NCBI GenBank assembly: GCA_002269645.1
Contig: NIVC01001025.1
Span: 1 to 64,000 of the forward strand
Direction: 5' to 3'
Length of the DNA stretch: 64,000 bases
Origin: Macrostomum lignano
Lineage: Eukaryota
The translations under genes were made by a program, and so were the position numbers. Position 1 is the stretch's first letter. Each line of letters begins with the position of its first letter. Positions 1 to 12,686 of this stretch are shown here, piece by piece. The notes beneath the pieces were generated by a model. The model saw only the letters and a program-made list of their open reading frames with translations. It had not been told where the DNA came from and made no database searches.

Positions 1-420
1 CGTATCCAAGGTAAAACTACCGGTTGTTAAGCCGTATCTAAGGTAAATAATCAGTTGCTATGATAAGGATCCAAAGGTAAACTACCGGTTGCTAAGCCGT
101 ATCCAAGGTAACTACCAGTTGCTAAGCCGTATCCAAGGTAAACAACCGGTTGCTAAGCCGTATCCAAGGTAAACTACCGGTTGCTAAGCCGTATCCAAGG
201 TAAACTACCGGTGGCTAAGCCGTATTAAGGCAAAAATTGGTTGCTATGATGGATCTGAACTACCGGTTGCTAAGCCGTATCCAAGGTACACAACCGGTTG
301 TTAAGCCGTATCAAAGGTAAACTACCGTTGCCAAGCCGTATCCAAGGTAAACAACCGGTTGTTATGCTATCAAAATAAGTATTAGTTTTGAATAACCGTA
401 TTCAATGTAAACAAGGTTGC
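1..420. repeat. ~31-bp minisatellite (GCTAAGCCGTATCCAAGGTAAACTACCGGTT)
   Basis: Tandem units seen directly; the same family recurs at 3165-3630. Confidence 0.95.
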
Positions 421-733
421 TATGATTGGTGCATACAGTTAGACTTGCGTTAAAATGGCGAATCGACGTGAATGCCCAAACCAACGCCCGCGAGTTTGTC
501 ACCAGCGCAGGCGGCCTGCGGCACTGTGTAATTCAGCTCGAATCGGGCCAGGCCGCCAACAGCCAAGAGGATGCCGATGCCGTACGATAGACGAACTTCG
601 TCGCGCGGGAACCGCGGCAATCGCCAGTCGCCAACGGGGGCGCCGCAGCGTTGGACACGAGGCAGCCGGCGTTAGCGAAAGCGTGCAGACGGAATAAGTC
701 GAAAAAATTGCCACGCCTAGTGACCAGCGGTGA
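421..733 (-). pseudogene. 5'-truncated duplicate of the SAM50 last exon
   Basis: 421-733 is near-identical to ~3627-3942 (a few indels and a substitution). Similarity stops abruptly at GTGACCAGCGG (733), and there is no acceptor or exon 5' part. The flanking 31-bp array (1-420 vs 3165-3630) is duplicated too. Confidence 0.75.
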
Positions 734-744
734 CAAGCAGTGAC

Positions 745-2840
745 AAATGATTAATCGCTCGATTCGCTGTCGAGGCCCAAATTTCGCAAGGCTGCTTGTC
801 GTCGCTGTCTGACCGCTTGCATTGTAAGATTTGGTAAGCCGGGATAGTGAGCTAAGGAGGCACGAGTAAAAATTCTTTCAGTTAACTCTTCATGCCTGAA
901 TTTTCTCTCTTGCCTTTTTCTAGCTTGGCCATAGACTATTCTCCAGTCAAAGATGTCACTTCTCCTGTTGAGGAAGTGTTTTCTTGCCTGTGCATAATAA
1001 AGAAACTGTTTTGGAATTCAAAGTGTACAGCGCAGTCTATAACATGCATTACTTGCCATCTGGTAAGACAGAGAAGTGGGGAAGAAATTCTGTCGTAGAC
1101 AAGTGGTTAATAGCGTATTGGTGAAATTAAAATGTCAGAGAATTGAATGTCAGTGAATTTAGAATGTCAGGGAATTGAGAATGTCGGAGAATCAAAAATG
1201 TCAGAGACTTGAATGTCAGAGAATCTAAAATGTCATAAAATTGAATGTCAGAGAATTGAGAATGTCATAGAATTGAATGTCAGAGACTTGAGAATGTCAG
1301 AGAATTGAATGTCAGAGAATTAATGTCAGAGAATTGAGAATGTCAGAGAATTGATGTCAGAGACTTGAGTTGAGAATGTCAGAGAATTGAGAATGTCAGA
1401 GAATTGAGAATGTCAGAGAATTGATGTCAGAGACTTGAGAATGTCAGAGAATTGAGAATGTCAGAGAATTGATGTCAGAGAATTGGGTGTCAGAGAATTT
1501 ATGTCAGAGACTTAAGTTGAGAATGTCAGAGAATTGAGAATGTCAGAGAATTGAGAATGTCAGAGAATTGAATGTCAGAGAATTAATGTCAGAGAATTGA
1601 GAATGTCAGAGAATTGATGTCAGAGACTTGAGTTGAGAATGTCAGAGAATTGAGAATGTCAGAGAATTGAGAATGTCAGAGAATTGATGTCAGAGACTTG
1701 AGAATGTCAGAGAATTGAGAATGTCAGAGAATTGATGTCAGAGAATTGGGTGTCAGAGAATTTATGTCAGAGACTTAAGTTGAGAATGTCAGAGAATTGA
1801 GAATGTCAGAGAATTGAGAATGTCAGAGAATTGAGAATGTCAGAGAATTGATGTCAGAGACTTGAGAATGTCAGAGAATTGAGAATGTCAGAGAATTGAT
1901 GTCAGAGACTTGAGTTGAGAATGTCAGAGAATTGAGAATGTCAGAGAATTGAGAATGTCAGAGAATTGATGTCAGAGACTTGAGTTGAGAATGTCAGTGA
2001 ATTTAGAATGTCAGGGAATTGAGAATGTCGGAGAATCAAAAATGTCAGAGACTTGAATGTCAGAGAATCTAAAATGTCATAAAATTGAATGTCAGAGAAT
2101 TGAGAATGTCATAGAATTGAATGTCAGAGAATTAATGTCAGAGAATTGAGAATGTCAGAGAATTGATGTCAGAGACTTGAGTTGAGAATGTCAGAGAATT
2201 GAGAATGTCAGAGAATTGAGAATGTCAGAGAATTGAGAATGTCAGAGAATTGATGTCAGAGACTTGAGAATGTCAGAGAATTGAGAATGTCAGAGAATTG
2301 ATGTCAGAGAATTGGGTGTCAGAGAATTTATGTCAGAGACTTAAGTTGAGAATGTCAGAGAATTGAGAATGTCAGAGAATTGAGAATGTCAGAGAATTGA
2401 GAATGTCAGAGAATTGATGTCAGAGACTTGAGAATGTCAGAGAATTGAGAATGTCTCCGTAAAATTTAAGGTTTCTAGAAGAATTAAAAGCATTGAGACG
2501 TCTGATACAAAACTGACTTCACAGACTACCTGTTTAGCTTAACGCATAAGCGCTGAACGCATCTATGAAAATTCTAATGTATTTTCTATTTGTTTACTAG
2601 TAGTAGCAGTGGATATAGTCAAACTAATTTTCATATAGGGCTAAACAGGAAATCCGATGAACAGACAGATATTACGGTGTCGCTAAAACTAGAAGCACAA
2701 AATAAGCCTAAAATTTCTTTAACGCCTACTAAAAGTAGTAGTAGGCTAGCACAAAGAAGTGTCATCATAATACATTAGAATAATTTTTCTAGCAATAACG
2801 CACAAAACAGAACACACAAAGCTGGGTGAAAATCAATTAT
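745..2840 (+). other. Possible small spliced transcript (3 exon-like segments) between the two SAM50 3' ends
   Basis: GTAAGC donor at 834, strong acceptor at 923, GTAAGA donor at 1063, acceptor at ~2600, with a minisatellite between. The spliced frame is open and Cys-rich but has no ATG. Confidence 0.3.
1130..2455. repeat. 14-17-bp minisatellite (TGAGAATGTCAGAGAAT) with higher-order blocks
   Basis: Tandem units seen directly. Confidence 0.95.
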
Positions 2841-3164
2841 TGATAAAATCCAAACTACTCGTACATACAGGCATGTCTTGCATAGGCAATATGGGTGCTT
2901 AGTTAGCATACAGTTTCATCAATCAACATTATACTAAACACAATAGGATAGCGGGAAATGATCCACCCGCATAGCAACCGGGTGCTGACTATGGATACAG
3001 CAATGTCGAAACAGATTTTGTCTTTACCGAGACCGAGACAAAGGAACACAGGTCCCAAGAATAACTAAAATCCAAGGTGAACTGCCGCAATTTATAGGCT
3101 TTAAGATGAATTCTCATGAAAATATATAGGAAGTCTAAATATATAGGAAGTCTATAAACACTGG

Positions 3165-3630
3165 TTTCTAAGCCGTATCCAAGGTAAAACTACCGGTTGT
3201 TAAGCCGTATCCAAAGTAAACTACCGGTTTCTAAGCCGTATCCAAAGTAAACTACCGGTTTCTAAGCCGTATCCAAAGTAAACTACCGGTTGCTAAGCCG
3301 TATCTAAGGTAAATAATCGGTTGCTATGATGGATCCAAGGTGAACTACCGGTTGCTAAGCCGTATCCAAGGTAAACTACCGGTTGCTAAGCCGTATCCAA
3401 GGTAAAAAACCGGTGGCTAAGCCGTATTTAAGGCAAAAAATTGGTTGCTATGATGGATCTGAACTACCGGTTGCTAAGCCGTATCCAAGGTAAACAACCG
3501 GTTGTTAAGCCGTATCAAAGGTAAACTACCGGTTGCCAAGCCGTATCCAAGGTAAACAACCGGTTGTTATGCTATCAAAATAAGTATTAGTTTTGAATAA
3601 CCGGTATTCAATGTAAACAAGGGTTGCTAT
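3165..3630. repeat. ~31-bp minisatellite 3' of SAM50
   Basis: Same unit as 1-420. Confidence 0.95.
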
Positions 3631-3657
3631 GATTGGTGCATACAGTTAGACTTGCGG

Positions 3658-6600
3658 TTAAAATGGCGAATCGACGTGAATGCCCAAACCAACGCCCGGA
3701 GCGAGTTTGTCACCGGCGCAGGCGGCCTGCGGCACTGTGTAATTCAGCTCGAATCGGGCCAGGCCGCCAACAGCCAAGAGGATGCCGATGCCGTACGATA
3801 GACGAACTTCGTCGCGCGGGAACCGCGGCAATCGCCAGTCGCCAACGGGGCGCCGCCAGCGTTGGACACGAGGCAGCCGGCGTTAGCGAAAGCGTGCAGA
3901 CGGAATAAGTCGAAAAAATTGCCACGCCTAGTGACCAGCGGCAGCGGGCAGTACAGGTGCGCGCCAGCCGTGAAGAACGACTCGCCACCAAGGTAGCAAC
4001 GGCTGGGCACTTCTGGTGCTGCTTGCTGCTGCTGCTCTTCTCTGCAAATCGAGTGCGATAGCCAAACCAAAATCAAATCAAATCAAAGCATATAACACCC
4101 TAATTCAAACACCGGAAGTCAGGGATAGCCAAATCAAAAACACCCTAATTCAAACACCGGAAGTCAGGGATAGCCAAATCAAAAACACCCTAATTCAAAC
4201 ACCGGAAGTCAGGGATAGCCAAATCAAAAACACCCTAATTCAAACACCGGAATTCAGGGATAGCCAAATCAAAAACACCCTAATTCAAACACCGGAAGTT
4301 GGGATAGCCAAATCAAAAACACCCTAATTCAAACACCGGAAGTCAGGGATAGCCAAATCAAAAACACCCTAATTCAAACACCGGAAGTCAGGGATAGCCA
4401 AATCAAAAACACCCTAATTCAAACACCGGAATTCAGGGATAGCCAAATCAAAAACACCCTAATTCAAACACCGGAAGTTGGGGATAGCCAAATCAAAAAC
4501 ACCCTAATTCAAACACCGGAAGTTAGGGATAGCCAAATCAAAGACATCCTTATTCAAACACCGGAAGTTAGGGATAGCCAAATCAAAGACATCCTTATTC
4601 AAACACCGAAGTCAGTGATAGCCAAAACAAAAACATACCGGAAGTTGGGAATAGCCAAATCAAAAACACCCTAATCCAAACACCGGAAGTTGGAGATAGC
4701 CAAATCAAAAACACCCTAATCCAAACACCGGAAGTCAGGGATAGCCAAATAAAAAACACCCTAATTCAAACACCGGAAGTCAGGGATAGCCAAATCAAAA
4801 ACACCCTAATCCAAACACCGGAAGTCAGGGATAGCCAAATCAAAAACACCCTAATTCAAACACCGGAAGTCAGGGATAGCCAAATAAAAAACACCCTAAT
4901 TCAAACCCCGGAAGTCAGGGATAGCCAAATCAAAAACACCCTAATTCAAACACCGGAAGTCAGGGATAGCCAAATCAAAAACACCCTAATTCAAACACCG
5001 GAAGTCAGGGATAGCCAAATCAAAAACACCCTAATTCAAACACCGGAAGTCAGGGATAGCCAAATCAAAAACAATACTGGAACAGTGCTGGCACGAATAG
5101 CCAGGTATAGAAGTATAGAAAAAGCGTAGCACGTACCCAGCGGATAGGGCGGCCCTGGGAACGCTGGGCCCGACGCAGTTAATGTCGAAGCCTCGCAGTC
5201 CGCTAGACAATCCGCCGATGGTGAACCGGTCAGCCAGCGGAATGCCTCCGCCATTCATCGGCACGGCGTGTCCGCAGGCCGCCGTCAAGTGAATTGACGC
5301 CGCCGGGAACAGCGGCGCCAAAGGCAGACTGCGCGACAATTTGGCGCCAAGTCGAAGGTGACGAACGTCGCCGCCAAAGCCGGCAAGCTCGCTGGTGAGC
5401 CGCATCAAGCCGCCGCTCATTGGCACCGTGGCGCTGTCGCGACTGTCGGCTTCGAGCACGTGTTTGAGGCCGCACTTGATGGAGTGGCCGCACAGCTCGC
5501 GTACAGCCAGCGGCGCCCGGCCGTCCTGGGAGGCCAACAGCTGGCGCCAACTCAGCTCGGCGCGCAGCAGCTGCTCGTTGGGCCGAGCGGTAAAGAGAAA
5601 CTGGCGAAGCAGCTGGAGTGGCTCTCCTGCAGTCGGTTCAAGCAATTTGATGTTCTCCTAATATCATCTCTAGGCAAGTCTACACCGGAACATTGATACT
5701 TATAAAGCCTCGGTTTCTAGCGGCTTGGGCAACAAAACCAAGGCAAAATTGTCGATTAATCACAGTATCCACAACGTAGCAACGGCTTAGCAACCACCAA
5801 AGCTAAAACATAGCAATGGCTTAGCAACCACCAAAGCTACAACATAGCAACGGCTTAGCAACCACCAAAGCTAAAACATAGCAACGGCTTAGCAACCACC
5901 AAAGCTAAAACATAGCAACGGCTTAGCAACCACCAAAGCTACAACATAGCAACGGCTTAGCAACCACCAAGCTACAACATAGCAACGGCTTAGCAACCAC
6001 CAAAGCTACAACATAGCAACGGCTTAGCAACCACCAAAGCTACAACATAGCAACGGCTTAGCAACCACCAAGCTACAACATAGCAACAGCTTAGCAACAC
6101 CAAAGCTACAACATAGCAACAGCTTAGCAACACCAAAGCTACAACATAGCAACAGCTTAGCAACACCAAAGCTACAACATAGCAACGGCTTAGCAACCAC
6201 CAAAGCTACAACATAGCAACAGCTTAGCAACCACCAAAGCTACAACATAGCAACAGCTTAGCAACCAGCAAAGCTACAACATAGCAACAGCATGGCAACG
6301 ATATAGCAACCATTAAGGCAACAGCATACAGCGACTATATTACAGCACATAGTCTATAATACAATTCGCTAATTTTGCTATGACCAAACAGCTCACCTTG
6401 ACAGCGGCCCAATTAAAATCAACGCAGCTATTAACCAGTCCGGCGCTAGCCTTAGCAAACGGATACATGGCCAGCGGCGCGGCCAAAGTTAAAAAATGCG
6501 ATTTGCTGTCTCTTGTACCAATTTGATAATCGAATATCAACCGTTCGGCGTTGCCAGTCAAATTGCGCAGATTGCCATTGAGCACTAGGGACACGGTGCC

Positions 6601-7593
6601 GTCCATACCTGCCATGGTTCGTACGCCGTATTGCATCTGTTTGCACTCTTGCACTTCGAATACAACTTCATAGGCGGCATTGGCTAAGCCGGCTCGTTCG
6701 GCTACGGGAGACTTTGCCGTATCTATGGTAACGTCGACGCGAGTGAACACGCCAAGGGCTTGTAGGCGACGCTTAGCGGCTTGGATCTCCAGCACTAGCT
6801 GGCCCAGGTGGCCACCCGATCTGATAGGAGACGGCGCACCTGGGGACAATTAAGCAATGGGCTATTATTAGAGTCCGTGGGATTATGTCAGGACTTGAGG
6901 ACTTTTTCAGTGGGAGGGCCAAAGATTAGCAGTGATTCTCAATCAGAGGGATTATGATTAACAGGGCGATTCTCAAGCAGAGGGATTAAGATTAACAGGG
7001 CGATTCTCAATCAGAGGGATTAAGATTAACAGGGCAATTCTCAATCAGAGGGATTAAGATTAACAGGGCGATTCTCATCAGAGGGATTAAGATTAACAGG
7101 GCGATTTCATCAGAGGGATTAAGATTAACAGGGCGATTCTCATCAGAGGGATTAAGATTAACAGGGCGATTCTCATCAGAGGGATTAAGATTAACAGGGC
7201 GATTCTCATCAGAGGGATTAAGATTAACAGGGCGATTTTCATCAGAGGGATTAAGATTAACAGGGTGATTCTCATCAAAGGGATTATGATTAAGAAGGCG
7301 ATCCTTAGAGAGGGATTAAGATTAAGTGGGCGATTCTCAATCAAATGGATTGTGATTAAGAAGGCGATCCTTAATAAGAGGAATTAAGATTAAGTGGGCG
7401 ATTCTCAATCAAAGGGATTGTGATTAAGAAGGATCCTTAATAAGAGGGATTAAATTAGCTCTAAAAGAAACCCATGGCCTCAAGTAACCTGCGAGTGGAC
7501 GAGCTGATCGCGGGTTCGACGCAGGCCCTTGACGTGCACGCGCTCAACAAAAGCGTGCATCTCTGGGTCAGGATTTAGCTTGGCTGTTGGCAT
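3658..7593 (-). CDS. SAMM50: SAM50 / Omp85-family mitochondrial outer-membrane sorting and assembly machinery subunit; 4 coding exons, 2 apparent 1-nt frameshifts
   Basis: Exons 7489-7593, 6397-6839, 5137-5657 and 3658-4041 have GT..AG boundaries. Motifs match SAM50: VERVHVKGLRRTRD (POTRA), LGVFTRVDVTID, NLTGNAE, GHSIKCGL, ELAGFGGDV, DRFTIGG..LRGF..VGP, HLYCPLP..LFRLHAFANAG, VRLSYGIG..ARFELNY. About 484 aa after adding one base near the exon 2 start (~6820) and one at ~3850. Could be assembly error or a decaying paralog. Confidence 0.9.
4060..5072. repeat. 45-bp minisatellite, SAM50 intron 3
   Basis: AGCCAAATCAAAAACACCCTAATTCAAACACCGGAAGTCAGGGAT in tandem. Confidence 0.95.
5775..6305. repeat. 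31-34-bp minisatellite, SAM50 intron 2
   Basis: TTAGCAACCACCAAAGCTACAACATAGCAACGGC in tandem. Confidence 0.95.
6925..7452. repeat. 33-bp minisatellite, SAM50 intron 1
   Basis: GAGGGATTAAGATTAACAGGGCGATTCTCATCA in tandem. Confidence 0.95.
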
Positions 7594-9218
7594 GTTGTTA
7601 TTGGATTTGAACTGCTCCTCAACACGCTTGTGTATTGCTTTCTGACGCGACCACATGCATAGCATTCAAAACAGGTTGGCAATGCTAAGTAAACTTTTAG
7701 GCTTTGGCCATACAGTAATTTCAGAATCATTGTGTCCTTTTTAAATTTAGTTAAATAGATGTTCAAATTAAAGAAATCTATCTAAACCAATTTTGGATCT
7801 TATTGGCCACATAGCCTGGGTTTTAGACTATTAAAATTATTTTTTAAGATAAGAACTGATTACTATTATGAATACAATGCATCTTCCTAGTTAAATTTAA
7901 AGCATAGTTAATAAGCATTAAATAAAGATTTAGTATATTTGGATGGATTTTCCTGTATACTAAAAATGGTTTTACTATAGGCCTATTAATATAGTTTACA
8001 AATTCTATGCTACTGTGTAGGCCTACTAATATAGTACAAATTCTATACTACTACCTATGGAGCGATTTTATATCATGACATATCAACTTTGGTATCTTAA
8101 ATTTTGTACGTAAGTTTTAAAAAATGATAAAATCAAAATTACATTAAGCCAGGGTTCAAGTCTAAGCTTTTAGCTTAGGGCCTAGTCATATATACTAGAA
8201 TAACTAGATGGCAATCTAGTTATTCTAGTATTTGTAGGCTAAATATAGTTATTAATAAGGCCTAACTATTTAACCATAGCCATAAAATCGATCAGTAAAG
8301 ACTTTATGCAACTTATAGATATAGTACTTAATTAGATTGAGGCATTTAGACTTAATAAGACAGTTAAATACTCTTGCCATTTATCCAAAGTTGTGTTAAT
8401 TTTTGTTCTAGCCTAGGGTTTCTTTCATTGATAAATTGCATTTTTTGTAAAAAAAAGTAAGTTGTATAGCCAATATAAATCAAAGAGGTTGAACATATAT
8501 GCAGTTAAACTTAGGCCTAACTAAAAAAATTGATAGGCCTAAATTGGCCTATACTTGCTTAAATAAATATGATTCTAGACCTTAAATAATTACCAAAACT
8601 TCCTATGCCTTAGTTTTACTTTAGGACTATCATATGATATCTTATACTATGCTAATATTAATGTTTGGGAATTTGGTAAAGGTCCTATCCTATGACTTGC
8701 CAATATGTATGCAAAAAGCAAATTTGAAGTTTTTTGCAAAAAATACAATAATATTTAATTGATAGGCTTGATAGTTTAAATCACTTATATAAAATAATAT
8801 ATATATAAAACAAATATAAATTAAAAAGAAAAAATAACTTTGCAATTCCAATGGACATCTAGGAAGCTTTTGGCTATCCTATAGTTTTGTACATTAAATT
8901 ATTTTTATTGAAAATAATAAGTTTTAACTTTTAAATAACTTTAAGTAAATGACAATAAATAATAAGGGGTAACATGGAATCAACTATCTAGTTTTGTTAG
9001 TCTATAATAGATAATAATGTGACATCCAGTAGATAATAAAATAGGCAACGTTCACCTTCCCACTGTATCTTTGGACTGCCCTGCAGCTAAAAGACACCTA
9101 GTAGAGGAAGTTCTCAAAGGTCTTGTTTTGGGAAAGGGCACCGCCATAGGTATTTTTATAAGTGACTTAAATAGTCAATTTGAAAATAAATTTATCCATT
9201 AGACATCTCTTAGATATA

Positions 9219-9693
9219 CCCTATAGTCAGGAAAGTGGCCTTTGCCATGGAAAATTCTGGCGCATACAAGAGGTCCTTGGCGCACTTGGCGCACAATCAT
9301 GGTGCACACTGAGGTCCCTGGTGCATGCGGCACACAATCATGGCGCACACTGAGGTCCCTAGCGCATGCGGCGCATAATTGCAGTGCATAAAGTCTCTGA
9401 CATATGCAATGCTAGGCCTATGCACAACTTTGGTGCATAAGGAATCAGAATAGAATCTTTATTAGCATAAAACTGGTATGAATGAATTCTAAGAATTTTG
9501 TAAATTTGTCATAAAATACATAATCTATATAAAATACATAAATTATGTTAATTTATATAAATTACATAAAATAAGGGCACAGACATGGCACATAGACGGC
9601 GCACAAATGGCGCATAGATGGTGCATAGACAGCACATAGATGGTCCCAAAAAATTTATTCTGGCGCACACTGTGCCACCTTCCTAACTATGGG
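9219..9693. mobile_element. Probable MITE with CCC..GGG termini
   Basis: CCCTATAGTCAGGAAAGTGGC vs GCCACCTTCCTAACTATGGG (inverted, few mismatches), ATATA on both flanks, many internal GGCGCAC/GGTGCA repeats. Confidence 0.55.
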
Positions 9694-12239
9694 ATATACC
9701 ATGTATCTAGCAAAATTTGGCCTTCATGTGAGCCCATGTGCCCTGCCCTTGATGGTGATAGTATGGACAAATGGGTCCACTAGGTTCACAAAGTTCAGTT
9801 GATGATTGACAATGGCATGATTATAATAAATGCATTTAATAAACAAAAGTAGACACTTGATAATATGTTATATTTGTTCTCTATTTTCTATGCTGTCACT
9901 TACTAAGCTTAAAGCCACTTAAAAGTTATTATTTTCAGCAAAAATAAATTAGCTAACATGTGAAACTACAGGATAGGCCTGCCTTAGGCATAGGCCTAGG
10001 CCTAGCTAACAAGCCAAGCCTATGACATTCACTAACATAACTATCAAGCCAGGGCACATGCTTTTGTTTTTGTATTTTAAAAATTAAACAAAATGATAAG
10101 TTCTTGCATGAAAATCATTATAAAATTTATTTTCTATTTCTTAGCAAACTTTTTGTAGGCTGTTAGTTTCATAAATAAACTTAACTCTTTTGGGCAAAAT
10201 GATCCTGGTGCTTATTTGTTAATAGGTAAAATGCATTAAAACACTGAAAATTGAAGCTAGGACCTATGCCCTGGACCTGCAAGAAAATTTATTAACTTTT
10301 TATTAATTGGCCAAATTCCAAAACGAAAAGTAATGAAAATGTTATAAGATCTATCAAAAGTATTTGAAACTATTTCTAGGAAATTTGGGCTACTGTAGCA
10401 CTGTGATTTTAAAAAATTAAAGCTACCTAGTCCCTATTAGTTTTAAGTGATTAGCAAGATCTAAAGAGGCTAAGGCTAAGGGACCTAATGAATGAGCCTA
10501 ATTGGTTTAACTTGCCCTAGCTCCGTCGATCGAACGAACACGATACGCTTAGATTATAAAAATTTATAAAAAACGCGTTTTCACTTTTTTAGTGCTTAAA
10601 CAAATTAATTAGCTGGTGTTTGGAGGGTTAAAAATGTTAGTCGAAACCGAAGTTAAATTCAGCCTTTCCATCCATTTTTTGTTTTGCATAGCAAATAATT
10701 TTTATGTAGAAGTAGAATGGAATCGTAGTAGTCTACTATAAGTAGAGAGAGTATCAATCAATCGTAGTTCCGCGAATGAAAAATACATTTTTACAATATG
10801 TGATGTGTTCGAGTTTGGCTCGTCTGTAGAGAAATACGAAAATACACTAGAATCTGCCGACGAGCTCCAGAAAGGGCATGTTTGCAGTCAATCGAGAGTT
10901 GCCTGTCTCGGGCCTAGTGCATGATGACACCCTAAACCGCACCGACGGCACCGGCTTCACAGCCATCTGGAGGCTGTCTGACGCCTCAGGGATGCGGCGT
11001 TACCTGCATGACAGCCGAAGGGTACCTATGGAGCGATACCGGCCCTTTTATCGCTCAGGCAGTAAAAACGCTGAGCACTTTATCTGCCCCTGCCCGCGGA
11101 TTTCAACAGTGCCAGCTAGGCTCAACTCACCTCAAGCCAAACCCGGTGCTCTCCGACACTGCAGTTGCAGGCACGGTATTATTCAATTGTACACTATAGG
11201 AACTGCATGATGAAAGCAATTGAATAATACCGTTCCCCGCGCGAGTTGCGTAACTTGCAGTTGCGATCGGAGAGAACTGGTTCACTAGATCACTGAATGA
11301 ATTCCAGACAATGCGCCAACAGTCAAAAGTTCCACCCACCAAGCAAAGATATTTTTATTCATATTTTACCGTGCATTTTAAATGAGAAGTTTCTCTCTAA
11401 CTATGCGTGATTTGTACAGGTGGATTTGTACTATAGTCTATAGATTGGACTTCATATGTTACATGTACCACGTCGTTTGTAATAGATCTAGTACTGCATA
11501 CGGAATGGAAAAAACGAACAATCAAACTCTATCTGGGAACCAACCAAAGACATGTAACTTGTACATGTACATGAGATGCAAAATTTGCAATGCAAACAGA
11601 CTTTCATTGCCTGGAGAAAATTTTCCCGACTACATGTATATTCCTGCTTGTACATGTAACACAAGTTCGTACAAAGTTTGTTCATGAGGACAGAGAACCT
11701 GAGTTGGGCAGCTTTAACCCAACTCTAGCTAGAACTCTTCCTCTGCACCAGCCTTAAAAACCTTGTGACGCAAATTGCATCATGCGTCCAACAGTTGAGA
11801 CGAGAACCGCGGGGGGGGGGTGAATTGCGACACTTGGAGCTGAGATCTGAGAAAGCTTCATTGACCTACTGGTTTCGAGATGGAATCTTGATTCTTGTTG
11901 CTGTGTGCATGTACATACAACTCAATAGAAAATTATTTGATTCTGCCTTGATAAAAAAATTCTCAAAAACAAAAATGATCGAACGCAATATCTCGTATCT
12001 TGGTGGTCGTAATTAACTTTATCATGCTTTCATTGTATGACCTAACAGATAAACTTTCATATAATTAGCGTGCACAGATTTATTTGATAGTTAATTATCA
12101 ATCCCAATTAACTTCAGCTGGGGTTGTTAGGGCACTTAGTTTGCGACAATTATCATTGTGAAGTAAACTCTCACTCACATGTGCAGTGTAAGATTATTAT
12201 TCTACTTTGCACTTCTCCCATAGCGGCTTAGCAGCATTC

Positions 12240-12560
12240 TGATTCTGATTGGCCCTGCTCTTGGCCTGGTGGATTATATAACAAATATCGATTATTTCAC
12301 GGGCCCCACCAGCCCCCCTCTCTAGTTGTACAGGGGAAATGAAATGTACATGCGATTTAAGGCTGGAGCCGGCTTGCGTCAAAATATACTGCTGGCTTGA
12401 GCCAAGGTGCGAATATTGGTGGCGACGGGGTGGGTGCGGGGAGCCCCCTAATGTTTATCGGTGGGCTTTAAAGGAAGCCGCCGCGCCCTCCCGCTGGGTT
12501 TGTGTGGAGGAGTCTCGCAGTCAGCTTTTCACTTGTGCGGCTTCATATAAATATCGATCA
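12240..12560 (+). promoter_or_regulatory. Probable CPEB1 core promoter
   Basis: GC-rich segment with a reverse CCAAT box (CTGATTGGCC ~12243), GC boxes and CATATAAATA at ~12544, about 140 bp upstream of the first ATG. Confidence 0.45.
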
Positions 12561-12686
12561 AACGCGCCGGCTGGAAAGGGTGGCTGTAATTATACCGATT
12601 TTTACTCGGCTTTAAAAGGGACTCCCCCAAACTAGGAAGCCATTTGAGATAAAAAACTGTCTGCGCAGCGCCTCCTTTGCCAGCAT

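Noticed and set aside
2960-2992. Helitron-like 3' hairpin CACCCG..CGGGTG
   Set aside because: It ends in CTAT rather than CTRR, and no matching 5' TC end was found.
10878-11210. 110-aa ORF MFAVNRELP...
   Set aside because: No recognisable motif, signal peptide or splice context; could be chance or TE debris.
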